The notes under the pieces: model-generated
The model's database searches: none
What the model was told of the DNA's origin: nothing
The model's input: the letters and a program-made list of their open reading frames with translations, nothing else
Made by a program: the position numbers and the translations under genes
NCBI RefSeq assembly: GCF_037042905.1
Contig: NC_087251.1
Coordinates: 30,010,001 to 30,074,000 of the forward strand
From: Lytechinus pictus
Lineage: Eukaryota
DNA: 64,000 nucleotides
Reading direction: 5' to 3'
In this document: positions 51,846 to 64,000 of the stretch, piece by piece
Position numbering within the stretch: the first letter of the stretch is position 1
Layout: every line of letters starts with the position of its first letter

Positions 51846-52559
51846 CACTTTGCATTATCTTTGACTCTCTAATCAACCAACACAAGTTCTTCCACCTCTG
51901 ATGATTTCACCCTCCCTCTCCATTTAAGGTAAGCAATGACTGATAATTTTGAATGATTACGCCAATTCCGTTCCATTCTATAAAAAACCTTATTAAACGA
52001 GTATCGAGTATTAGGAAGAAAACAATAATACATTTAAAGATCTTCCATAATTCCGCAAACTAAAATGCATACTGAGACTCCAATTTTAATGAGAATGTCC
52101 AATCAATGTCAATAATATGATACGTTTGTTATCATAGTTTTCCCCATGATTCAAAAAGAAAAAAACTATTTGATAAATTGCCCAGGCCAAGTTGAAACCA
52201 AATGCCTAAAAATTACTGAACATATGGGGAAACTGGGTTGAATATAACTTTGGAAATTTTAATGTTCTCTTAGTTTTTCTATTGTCTATTCAGGGGAGAT
52301 CTTGTGAAAAAAAAGCAATTGCTGTTTATATGGCAACGTTGAACGAGAGAGAACACTGGTGTACGGATAAGACTGGATGATTCCAACGGCTGAATCAGTA
52401 ACTCTGTGTGGTATATTCTCCTTTTTTTAGACTGGAGGAGAATAATTGGGCCATGCATAATACATATCATGATACACTAACAACTTTAAGTTTCGTTACC
52501 CATATAGGCAAACAGCACCAAGCGGGACCATTGTGACATAATTATGTCGTAGTTGGCGG

Positions 52560-54400
52560 TATTTCAGTGGCTGGATGCATTTTAATCATGATATAAAAAT
52601 GATTCTATTGTTACCCAAGGAAACCACTTTAGCTGACGTTGGAGATCTTCTATCGACCCCACTTAACGAATATATTGACTCTGATTTTTCTTAGTTTTAC
52701 ACCTGTGTCCTGCGAACATGAATTTTGTTTATTTCTCTCATGTTCAGAAGCAGCGCGACTGATACAACAACAAAAGTTCAGCATATCTACTTATTGAAAT
52801 TTATCATTGATTAATTATGTAATCCGTGTATTTCTGTTTTTGTTAATTTCTGATATATATTTTTGTTCTCTTTTCCAACTGGATGCATTTTAATTATGAT
52901 ATCAATAACGATTCTTCTTTTTAGAAAGGGAGACCACTTCAGCTGATATTGGTGATCTCCTGCTGGGACTTTTAACATTATTAACGACCTCTTCTCTTAG
53001 TGCTTATAGCGTTTTCAATAGGCCTTGCCAACGAGTATGGTGGACGACAGTTGATAATGACTCTTATTTCCGAGTTTACTGAAATCGGTTTTTAATGTCG
53101 GTCTTCAAGCGGCCATGTTAACGGAAAATTTTACTGATCCTCTTCTAAAAAAAAGAGCGGCTGAAAAATGAGAAAAGTCACATTCTGAAATCTATTTTAA
53201 TCATGTTTAATAAAACCTTGTAAAAGATTTGGTTTTTATCCTTGGTATGCAATTTGAGTGAATTTTTAAGACTTTTGATCGACATTCTCTTTCATATGTG
53301 TGCAACGTTCTAAACATAAATATTGATAATGTTTTTCATTTTCCAGTTCTGTTTTGTTTTCCAGCGATCCTGATATCATTACCATTTACAACTTTTTTTT
53401 TCACTTAGGGTAGCCACTTCAGGTTTAGTAACGGTCTTCATTCCCTTAACCTTGCCTCATTGCCCTTCTAATATAATATGATATTTTCTTTTCTCGCTCT
53501 CATAAGCAGAGCGACTAAAACAAAAACAAAGGTTAAATATATTTATTGTAATTTATAATTGATTAGCGCAATCCAATGTATTTCTGATTTTTTTTTTATT
53601 TCTGAGATATTTTTTCCTTTTCTGACTGGGTGCATTTTGATTAATAATGATACTTTTACTTTTTTTTACTAAGGAAAACCTCTTCAGCTGTTATTGCTGG
53701 GATTTTATTGGCCCTGCTAAGATCGGTAATGACTTGTTTTTTCTTGAGGCAGCTATTTCAGCTTTTATTGGTAGCTTTCAGAGGTCTTGCCCATATTTCC
53801 TAGTGTAGCAGCTCCGGTTTTAAATAATGTCTGGAGCGGCAACGCTTACATGTTATTGTTTCTATTCTTCCATTCCAGAAAACAGAGCGGCTGCATGAAG
53901 GGAAATACAATTTAAAATCTCCTTATCAATCATGTACATGTATTTGATGTATCTTTATCAAATTTTTTTTTATCCATGGCATTTAATTTTCGTTACTTGT
54001 AACTTATGATCTTTATTCTCTTTTCAGGCTTGATGCGTTTTAAACATTTACGGTTCTTATTTATTTGTCCACGTTAGCCAGTTCAGCTTTAAATATTGGT
54101 TTTTTTCCAGAGCATTCGCTGCCATTGCCATAAAAATGATTAACATAAATGTAACTCTTTATTTACATCGGACAGCCACTTCGGCTTATATTGTCGGTCT
54201 TCCCTTAGCCTTACTAACATAACGGGTTATAATATTCCTTAAGCCTGCCTCTTATCTTCCTAAGGTAGCCATCCTCTTCAGAAAGGTGTATTGGTGGTAT
54301 TCCAGTGTACCCATCTATTAGACATGACATGTTTTACCCCCTTCCTTCATTCTCACGAGCAGAGTGGCTGATAAAAGACAGAAAGTTCCATTAAACAAAA
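52560..54400. repeat. Old degenerate modular repeat (~5 modules of 300-480 bp)
   Basis: Recurrent blocks ctggatgcattttaa..ccacttcagctg and agcagagcggctg. Confidence 0.6.
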
Positions 54401-54440
54401 ATATTTGTTGGTACAGACTACAGAATGTGAATACAGGTTT

Positions 54441-57400
54441 AGGATTATCGGGATCTGAAACTGCGGCCCGCGGATCATTTTTGTGCGACCCGGCAAAATT
54501 TTCAAGGTGATCAAGTTTTATAAATTTTGAATTTAGTTAGGTAGTGATTTTATTTATGATTATTTATTTACCACTTGTGGGATTGAACACCCTATCAGCA
54601 AATTGTGCAATTTTCCCCAAATTATTTTGGTACTGTAGCGTGTTTGTTTTACTTATGATAGAGAAGGTTTTTTTACGTATCCAAACTTTTTTTCTTTAAG
54701 CTTGTATGCCTACTTAAGATTTTGATTAATTTTTACTGATATACTTCCCAGAACCTGTGTTAAGTATTATTCACCTGCATAGTTATTCATCATACTTAAT
54801 TTGTTCATTTTGAACTGACTCCAATCTCCAATCGTGCCAATAAATCTTGGAGAACTAGAATTCCTTTCATTCTGACTTTATAAAACTTGACCAACAAAAT
54901 ACAAAGTGAAACGACAAGGGATATTTTATATTTGTCTATCTCCATTATAACGATTATCATGATTATGTTCTTTAAAACTATATAGACAATGCTATCTTCA
55001 TTCTATGTTTTGCGGGTGTATAGGTGGGGGGGGCGGGATTGGCGTCTCTCAGAGGTTCTTTGATAAAAAAAAAAAAGAAAACGGATAATAAACGGATAAA
55101 ATGAAAGAAAATAAAGTCCAGTCCAATGGTGAAAATTGATATTAGTTTATGAATAGGCCTATGTGTCATAATATATCACAAAATTATGTTTTGATTTTAA
55201 AACTTCAAAATATTTGTATTTTTAACTATTGGGAATTTTTATCCCGCTGGATGTATCCTGTCTCTCTATTTTGCAACCAAAGACCAACTGCTATTTGACC
55301 AGGACCCATATTCATAAAACCTTAAATGTATAAATCACCCAATTGTGTATTAATTTCTATGTGATTAGTGATATGTATTTATTATTGTACCGGTATTCAT
55401 ATTTATTAATATCCTGGTTTTTATCTCTCTTATTTATTCTTACAGTTTTTACGGAATTGGAATTCTCAAGTTATCTGGAAGTTGTTTCAACATTTGGACA
55501 TGGAGATGGAATAAAAAGTATCATGCACGTTTTCACATCAAAGACTCAATTCGCGTAGAAGTTTGTTTTCTGATTTATTCATCGTTGACTTCACTACAGC
55601 CACAATGCCACACCTCCAACGATGACATTGAGAAATATCTCCAACAAGACTTGATCAATTGAGAATGCTGCAATGTGATAGATTCTTACTAAATGCCTGA
55701 TATCAATTTTTCCTATTGGATCGTGGACACGAAGAAAAAAGAACATTCGATAACATTCTTGGCGATCCATTCTGATCTTCATACATTTGAATATCACTAG
55801 GAAGAACTCCAGTCGCAGAATCAGTTTACAATATTCTTGGACAGATCTCTATAATTTTCTTCTGCGGACTAGTCACAATTTTTCAAGGCAGAACTTCGCT
55901 GAGACTAATCCGAACCTTACGGGAGGTTTGTTGATGGGTCTCTCGACGGTTGTTCTCCTCTTGATCTATAAATTTGAACTTGATAATATCGGGAATATCA
56001 GCGGACAGAAACATGATTGTGGAGCTGTGGATTAATATTTTATCACTGGATCTTCAAATAAATATTTGTTTGGAGCTGAAATCTTGTTGCTGTGAGCGTG
56101 GATGCATGACGATATCAAAGAGAGGACAGATGTCAGACTGAACATTTGTATGAGTGAGTCCATTTTACCCCTAGAACAACGCGGCAATATCACTTAGTGA
56201 TCTTATTGAAACTTTGACATTTATGGATATGGGTTACGGTTTAGTTTTAGTGCCAGGATTGTAGAGTAAGTTAATTAGACAAAATGATAGGGTCCCCATA
56301 GGAGCCTGACCGAAGCTTGATCTTAGCCCATCTCCTTAAATGTTATAGTGTCATATCAAGAAGATTGCTCTGTTGTCACCTACGGGTAATCAAATAAAGC
56401 TGAATATTTCGTACCGAAAGCTTTACAACTTTTTTTTTCAAAGAAAAATGTTGTAAGGCTTTTCTCCAACAAATCTCGTTGAATTGTTCGTTAGCTCGGA
56501 AGCGCGTACTTTCTTACAGGGGCGGTTCCAAAGGGAGGGGCAGGCCTTGCCCGTAAGATGATTTTTGTTTTATTTAATGAAACAAAACACAAGAGTAGAT
56601 TAAGGGGCTTTGACAATCGCTCTTGCGATCGTTTGCGATCATTTTGTCATAATATATATTGCACACAATCGCAACGGTTGTAAGCAGTCTCACCAGCAAG
56701 GAGCTTTGAAAAAAAACCGAATATAGAAAGAAAATGTCAATTTAACTCTATAAGGCCCCTCTTGTTCAATTGAAAAAAAAAATAAACTTACGTCAACTTT
56801 CGGTCGTCTTACCCCCTATACACTGGCACCGCCCCTGGGTAATATATGCTTTTTTATACCAAGATTTTTGGCATGTGAAATTATCGTAGAAAGCATTAAC
56901 GATATTCGGTATTCGATTCGGGCGTTAATCGGTTTCGCATCCGAAAGACATAGACATCACGTATGCCGTCGTAGGAATACGTATATTTACAAGGTGAGAT
57001 ATATTTCATTTTTGGGGGGTTGTCTCTATGATGATTTTATTCGTTTGATTGATTTTGGGGCATTTTGCTGCCCAATGCACTACACAGTGTAGAAGGAACC
57101 AAGTGCTAAGTAAGTAATTTTGTACACTTTTGTATTATGGTATGCCAATTATATTCCTAATTTTCTAAATTTCCATACAATTTCTACTCCACTTATCATA
57201 AAGTATGCCCCAGTGCAAAGTCCCATAACGGAGTTGTTAACCCAAGGAGTATTATTTCCCTAGGTAATCCTCACTATTCAGTCTATTGTGAGTGAGAATC
57301 GATTATTCATATTCAATATTAGGCCTATCGATGTAGAAAGTGGCAAAGAGTAGTGGACTGTTTCCACTCCAGAAGAAGAAAAAGAAGAACAACAAGAAGA

Positions 57401-60400
57401 ACAAGAAGAAAGGTCTATATTCAGTTAAATGGTGGATAAGGACAAGAATGGTTTAGAATTTAATTTCTTCCTACATTTAGGTCTCATCTTAATATGCTCA
57501 GATTTATTTCCTAATTCCTGTTCGACAGAATAACAAGTCCCATGCACGTGATATCGTAATAGATATAGACATCGTTACAATTATGGACCCCATTGAAGAA
57601 TATGATTGTCGTGTTGACAAAGCTTAATATGGGTTTTCCATCCGTTTTATAATTTTGTTTTTATACGTAAAATAAATACTATACTATTGTAGTTACTCAG
57701 AGAATCGTGTATTCTAGGTAGGAAAGGCCCATATGCGCTTACAAAAGTAAATTGATAACAATCAGAGACTGGTAGACATAGCTGAAACAGAAGGAGGGGG
57801 GGGGGGGGTAACAGTCACGAAAATGTGTACCGGATGATGGTGATGATGATTCTAATAGTGATGAAATTATTTAATATAGAAAATGGCAAATAACACTGCT
57901 GTTTCCAACTCAGAAGAAGAAGTCTATATTCATAGTTAAATGATGGATGAAGACAGAATGGTTTAGAATTTAATTTTTCGTACAATTGTAAAGATATAAC
58001 GGTGTAATATTAACGTTGATTGTAAATATTGTAAAATAAAAAAAATGTCACATTGAATGTTTTATATTCTAGATCTACTGCATAATCTCGTATAGAAATC
58101 ATTATCAAAATCGAGTTTTTTCATTAGCATGGATGTTTGTGTTTATGTTTCAGGACTGTATGGAATGTCCCAAATAATTACGCAACACTGGCTTCCAAAC
58201 CTCATGTGATCAAAGTGCTGCACTAGTTATTTACCGGGAGATATGATATCACTTCATGATTTTACTGAAACTATGAATTTTATCGAGCTGGTTTGTAAAG
58301 CGATGTTTAATGCTCGGATTGGAAGGAAAATCTATACATTTAAGTCTCCAGTAGGTGCCTGACTAAACTAGTTTGTAAAATTCATAATTTCATCTCGAGA
58401 CGATTGCTGCATAGTCACTAAAGGTGACTTAATTTAACGTGACTGTGGTAGTTAGACTGTTTCGAAAACCAGTTTAGGTTGCGCCTAATTAACAATCGTT
58501 TAGATTTTTGCCTTCTTGACGTTCTACTTTCGTTCGGCCGCTCCTCATACATTCGCTAAGTCTCTCGTACGTTCGTTTGCTTCTTGCGATATATCATCAT
58601 GCTCAGATTATAAAAGCATCGTTTGAATGATCGCGGTAAGTCTTATTTCATCTGAACTCTTTTAAAAATTCTTCTATACATATCGATTACTGGCATAAGT
58701 GTATATCTTATCATTCGTTATTGAATTAGGTGTAATTCAAATGTTGTAATTTTGGTTTGATATTTCGATTCAGATTCACACTACCATGCATTTAATAAAG
58801 TGATGGAGACATAGTTTTGAGCAAAATTACCGCGAATTTATTTTAGAGCTATGAAGGGGCTTTAGATTAATTATGTATATGCAAAGGATAACATTGCTGA
58901 TCATAATCAAACTGGCAGCAACATTGGTTTGATATATTTCTACTGATAGATTTAGTTCATAAATATAAATAACAAAGTAGGATGATTGTGTGACAACAAC
59001 CATAAAGCTTGTTTTATATTCTAGATCTATTTATGTATTATTACATGCCAAACAATCGTCACAACAAGATATTGTATTTTCTCGTTTATGTTGTAGGTCT
59101 GAAAGCGGAATACACCTCCACGCAGGTTTAAAGAGAAACTTCTGCAACCATGTCGACTAGGAAGAATCTCATGAATATATACCTAGCTCTGCGAGAGTCG
59201 CAAGTCTGTGGGACAATTATTCAGCAATTATACAACAATTATACAGCAATATGGTGGCAAGCCAATACGACTGAACAATGAACATTTTGTCACATCCTTA
59301 AAGAGGAATGGATTTGAATGTTTTAAAATAGTTTTATGATCTCCTTGTAGAGTATATGGTTGTAATGATGTTGTAAAGTAAGATTTTTTGAAAGCATGGA
59401 TATAATATAATGTGTGTTTTATCCAATATATTTTTAATATCGTGATCTTAGTTACTTTCGTCAAGTTCAGAAAGCAACCAGTCTCCTCCATCTATAACTA
59501 GCTTCGTCACCCTTTCATCAGAGAGCAATTAGTCTCCTTCCATCCAAAACTAACTTCGTCATCCTTTCATCAGAAAGACGACTCCTCTATCTACCACTAG
59601 CTTCGTCACCATTTCATCAGAGAGCAGTCTCCTTCCTTCTACCACTAATGTATTCACCCTTTCATCAGAGAGCAACTAGTCTCCTTCCATCTACAACTAG
59701 CTTCGCCACCCTTTCATCAGAGAATAACAAGTCTCCTTCCATCTACAACTAGCTTCGCCACCCTTTCATTAGAGAGCAACTAGTCTCCTTCCATCTACCA
59801 CTATCTTCTTCACCCTTTCATCAGAACGCAACCTTCGTCACCCTGTCCTAATAGAGCAACTAGTCCCCTTCCATCTACCACCGGCTTTGCCACCCTTTCA
59901 TCAGAGAGCAACTAGTCTCCTTCAATCCACAACTAGCTTCGTCATCCTTTCAACAGAGAGAGCAATCAGTCTACTTCCATCTGCCACCAGTTTCTTCACC
60001 CTTTCATCAGAAAGCAGTCTCCTTCCTTCTACCACTAATGTATTCACCCTTCTGTCAGATAGCAACTAGTATTCATTCATCTAACATTACCTTCGTCACC
60101 CTTTCATCAGATAGTCTCATTCCATCTACCAAGAGGACCGTCACCCTTTCATCAGAGAGCAACTAGTCTCCTTCAGTAACTAGCTTCGTTACTATTTAGA
60201 GCAAGTAGTCTCTTTCCATCTGCTACCAGTTTCTTCACCCTTTCATCAGAGAGCAATCTCCTTCCATCTACCACTAACTTCGTCATCCTTTCATCAAAGA
60301 GCAAGTAGTCTCTTTCCATCTGCCACCAGTTTCTTCACTCTTTCATCAAAATACAGTCACCTTTCATCTACCACTAGTGTCTTCACCCTTCCATCAAAAG

Positions 60401-63400
60401 GCAACTTGTTTCTTTCCATCTGCTTCCAGTTTCTTCACCCTTTCATCAGAGAGCAGTCTCCTTCCATCTACCACTAACTTCTTCATACTTTCATCAGATA
60501 GTCTCCTATCTACCAAGAGGTTTGTCACCCTTACATAAGAGAGCAGCTAGTCTCCTTCCATCTACCAAGAGGTTCGTCACCCTTTCAACAGAGAGCAACT
60601 AGTCTCCTTCATCAACTAGCGTCGTCACTAGTTAGAGCAAGTAGTCTTTTTTTCATTTGCCACCAGTTTCTTCACCCTTTCATCAGAGAGCAGTCTCCTT
60701 TCATCTACCACTACATTCGTCACCCTTTCATCAGAGAGCAATTAGTCTCCTTCCATCTACAACTAGCTTCGTCACCCTTTCATCAGAGGGCAATCAGTCT
60801 CCTTCCATCTACAACTAGATTCGTCATCCTTTCAACAGAGAGATCAATTAGTCTCCTTTCATCTACCACTACCTTCGTCATCCTGTCATCAGAGAGCAAT
60901 TAATCTCCTTCCATCTACAACTAGCTTCGTCATCCTTTCAACAGAGAGCAGTCTCTTGCCATCTACCACTAGTGTCTTCACCCTTCCATCAAAAAGCAAC
61001 AAGTTTCTTTCCATCTGCTTCCAGTTTCTTCACCCTGTCATCAGAGAGCAGTCTCCTTCCGTCTACCACTAACTTCGTCATATTTTCATCAGAGAGCAAT
61101 TAGTCTCCTTCCAGCTACAACTAGCCCCGTCATCCTTTCAACAGAGAGAGCAATTAGTCTCCTATTAACCACTAGCTTCGTCACTCTTTCATCAGATAGT
61201 CTCCTTCCATCTACCAAGAGATTCGTCACCCTTTCATCAGAGAGCGGCTAGTCTCCTTCATCAACTAGCGTCGTCACTAGTTAGAGCAAGTATTCTTTTT
61301 TCCATTTGCCACCAGTTTCTTCACCCTTTCATCAGAGAGCAGTCCCCTTCCATCTACCACAACCTTCGTCACCATTTCATCAGAGAGCAACCAGTCTCCT
61401 TCCATCTACAACTAGTTTCGTCATCCTTTCAACAGAGAGAGCAATCAGTCTCCTTCCATCTGCCACCAGTATCTTCACTCTTTCATTAAAGAGCAGTCTC
61501 CTTCAGCAACTAGCTTCGTTACTATTTAGAGCAAGTAGTCTCTTTCCATCTGCCACCAGTTTCATCACCCTTTCATCAGAGAGCAATCTCCTTCCATCTA
61601 CCACTAACTTCGTCATCCTTTCATTAAAGAGCAAGTAGTCTCTTTCCATCTGCCACCAGTTTCTTCACCCTTTCATCAAAATACAGTCACCTTTCATCTA
61701 CCACTAGTGTCTTCACCCTTCCATCAAAAGGCAACTTGTTTCTTTCCATCTGCTTCCAGTTTCTTCACCCTTTCATCAGAGAGCAGTCTCCTTCCATCTA
61801 CCACTAACTTCTTCATACTTTCATCAGAGAGCAGTCTCCTTCCATCTACCAAGAGGTTTGTCACCCTTTCATCAGAGAGCAGTCTCCTTTCATCTATCAC
61901 TTATCAGAGTGCAACTAGTCTCCTTCCATATACAACTAGCTTTGTCATCATTTCAACAGAGAGGGCAATTATTCTCCTTCCATCTACAACTAGCTTTGTC
62001 ACCCTTTCATCAGAGAGCAATTTGCCTCCTTCCATCTACCACCAGCTTTGGTCACCCTTTATAAAAGAGCAACTAGTCTCCTACCATCAACCACTAACAT
62101 CGTCACCCTTTCATCAGAGAGCAATTAGTCTCCTTCCATCTACAACTAGCTTCGTCACCCTTTCATCAGAGGGCAATCAGTCTCCTTCCAACTACAACTA
62201 GCTTCGTCATCCTTTCAACAGAGAGAGCAATTAGTCTCCTTTCATCTACCACTACCTTCGTCATCCTGTCATCAGAGAGCAATTAATCTCCTTCCATCTA
62301 CAACTAGCTTCGTCATCCTTTGAACAGAGAGCAGTCTCCTGCCATCTACCACTAGTGTCTTCACCCTTCCATCAAAAAGCAACTAGTTTCTTTCCATCTG
62401 CTTCCAGTTTCTTCACCCTGTCATCAGAGAGCAGTCTCCTTCCGTCTACCACTAACTTCGTCATATTTTCATCAGAGAGCAATTAGTCTCCTTCCATCTA
62501 CAACTAGCACCGTCATCCTTTCAACAGAGAGAGCAATTAGGCTCCTATTAACCACTAGCTTCGTCACTCTTTCATCAGATAGTCTCCTTCCATCTACCAA
62601 GAGATTCGTCACCCTTTCATCAGAGAGCAGCTAGTCTCCTTCATCAACTAGCGTCGTCACTAGTTAGAGCAAGTATTCTTTTTTCCATTTGCCACCAGTT
62701 TCTTCACCCTTTCATCAGAGAGCAGTCCCCTTCCATCTACCACTACCTTCGTCACCATTTCATCAGAGAGCAATTATTCTCCTTCCATCTACAACTAGCT
62801 TCATCACCCTTTCATCAGAGTGCAATTAATCTCCTTCCATCTACAACTAGCTTCGTCACCCTTTCATCAGAGAGCAATCAGTCTCCTTCCATCTACAACT
62901 AGCTTCGTAATCCTTTCAACAGATAGAGCAATCAGTCTCTTTACATCTGCCACCAGTTTCTTCACCCTTTCATTAAAGAGCAGTCTCCTTCCATCTACAA
63001 CTAGCTTCGTCACCCTTTCATCAGAGAGCAATCAGTCTCCTTCCATCTACAACTAGCTTCGTCATCCTTTCAACAGAGAGAGCAATCAGTCTCCTTCCAT
63101 CTGCCACCAGTTTCTTCACTCTTTCATTAAAGAGCAGTCTCCTTCAGCAACTAGCTTCGTTACTATTTAGAGCAAGTAGTCTCTTTCTATCTGCCACCAG
63201 TTTCGTCACCCTTTCATTAGAGAGCAATCTCCTTCCATCTACCACTAACTTCGTCATCCTTTCATCAAAGAGCAAGTAGTCTCTTTCCATCTGCCACCAG
63301 TTTCTTCACCCTTTCATCAAAATACAGTCACCTTTCATCTACCACTAGTGTCTTCACCCTTCCATCAAAAGGCAACTTGTTTCTTTCCATCTGCTTCCAG

Positions 63401-64000
63401 TTTCTTCACCCTTTCATCAGAGAGCAGTCTCCTTCCATCTACCACTAACTTCTTCATACATTCATCAGATAGTCTCCTATCTACCAAGAGGTTTGTCACC
63501 CTTACATAAGAGAGCAGCTAGTCTCCTTCCATCTACCAAGAGGTTCGTCACCCTTTCATCAGAGAGCAGTCTCCTTTCATCTATCACTTATCAGAGTGCA
63601 ACTAGTCTCCTTCCATATACAACTAGCTTTGTCATCATTTCAACAGAGAGGGCAATTATTCTCCTTCCATCTACAACTAGCTTTGTCACCCTTTCATCAG
63701 AGAGCAATTTGCCTCCTTCCATCTACCACCAGCTTTGGTCACCATTTATAAAAGAGCAACTAGTCTCCTACCATCAACCACTAACATCGTCACCCTTTCA
63801 TCAGAGAGAAACTAGTCTGCTTTCATGTACCACTAGCTTGATAATCCTTTCATAAGAGAGCAATTGGTCTCCTTCCTCCTACAACTGGATTCGTCACCCT
63901 TTCATCAGAAAGCAGCTAGTCTTTTTCCATTTACCATTAGCTTCATCACCCTTTCATCGAAGAGCGACTAGACTTCATTCATCTACCACTAGCTTCGTCA
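54441..64000. repeat. Segmental tandem duplication, copy 2 (runs off the window end)
   Basis: Same anchors; ORF 56868-57092 is a near-copy of ORF 46214-46456. Confidence 0.9.
59468..64000. repeat. Satellite array, same unit, with higher-order repeats
   Basis: Same monomer; marker caaaatacagtcacc recurs at ~60347, 61677 and 63318. Confidence 0.95.

Larger units (their letters stand above)
44165..54440. repeat. Segmental tandem duplication, copy 1 (~10.3 kb unit)
   Basis: Colinear anchors 44172~54449, 44895~55446, 46214~56868, 47534~58154, 48483~59097, 51090~63806. The part after ~51300 has no counterpart inside the window. Confidence 0.9.

Noticed and set aside
48858..64000. CRISPR-like array, or an intact mucin CDS
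   Set aside because: No unique spacers or cas genes, and the context is eukaryotic. The 52/47 bp units shift frame and the longest ORF in the track is only 164 aa.
48858..64000. C/D-box snoRNA cluster (UGAUGA and CUGA on the minus strand)
   Set aside because: The boxes overlap in a single CTGATGA word in each monomer; no terminal stem or recognisable guide sequence

Overview
Eukaryotic (animal) genomic DNA, AT-rich, with GT-AG introns; the repeat families look like those of sea urchins or other marine invertebrates (inference). Two spliced genes face each other tail-to-tail. (1) The 3' half of a MAN2B2-type GH38 alpha-mannosidase on + (10 exons, 1-14079; the gene starts upstream of the window). 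(2) YIF1 (YIF1A/B family) on - (6 coding exons, 23955-19851, plus a probable first exon ending at 25490; start codon unresolved). One mannosidase intron holds a nested TE stack: a Helentron-type element, a 4.8 kb element with ~1 kb inverted arms and a 3-bp TSD, and a TTAA MITE. From 26 to 44 kb I found no recognisable gene, only hAT/Harbinger/Kolobok-like MITEs, SINEs and LINE remnants. From ~44.1 kb to the window end lies a ~10.5 kb tandem segmental duplication. Each copy carries conserved splice signals, a 43-codon ORF and a 47-54 bp satellite array whose minus strand resembles a degenerate hammerhead core. Most of the supplied ORFs are spurious (microsatellites, TEs). All alignments and family assignments were made by eye or from recall; no searches were run.
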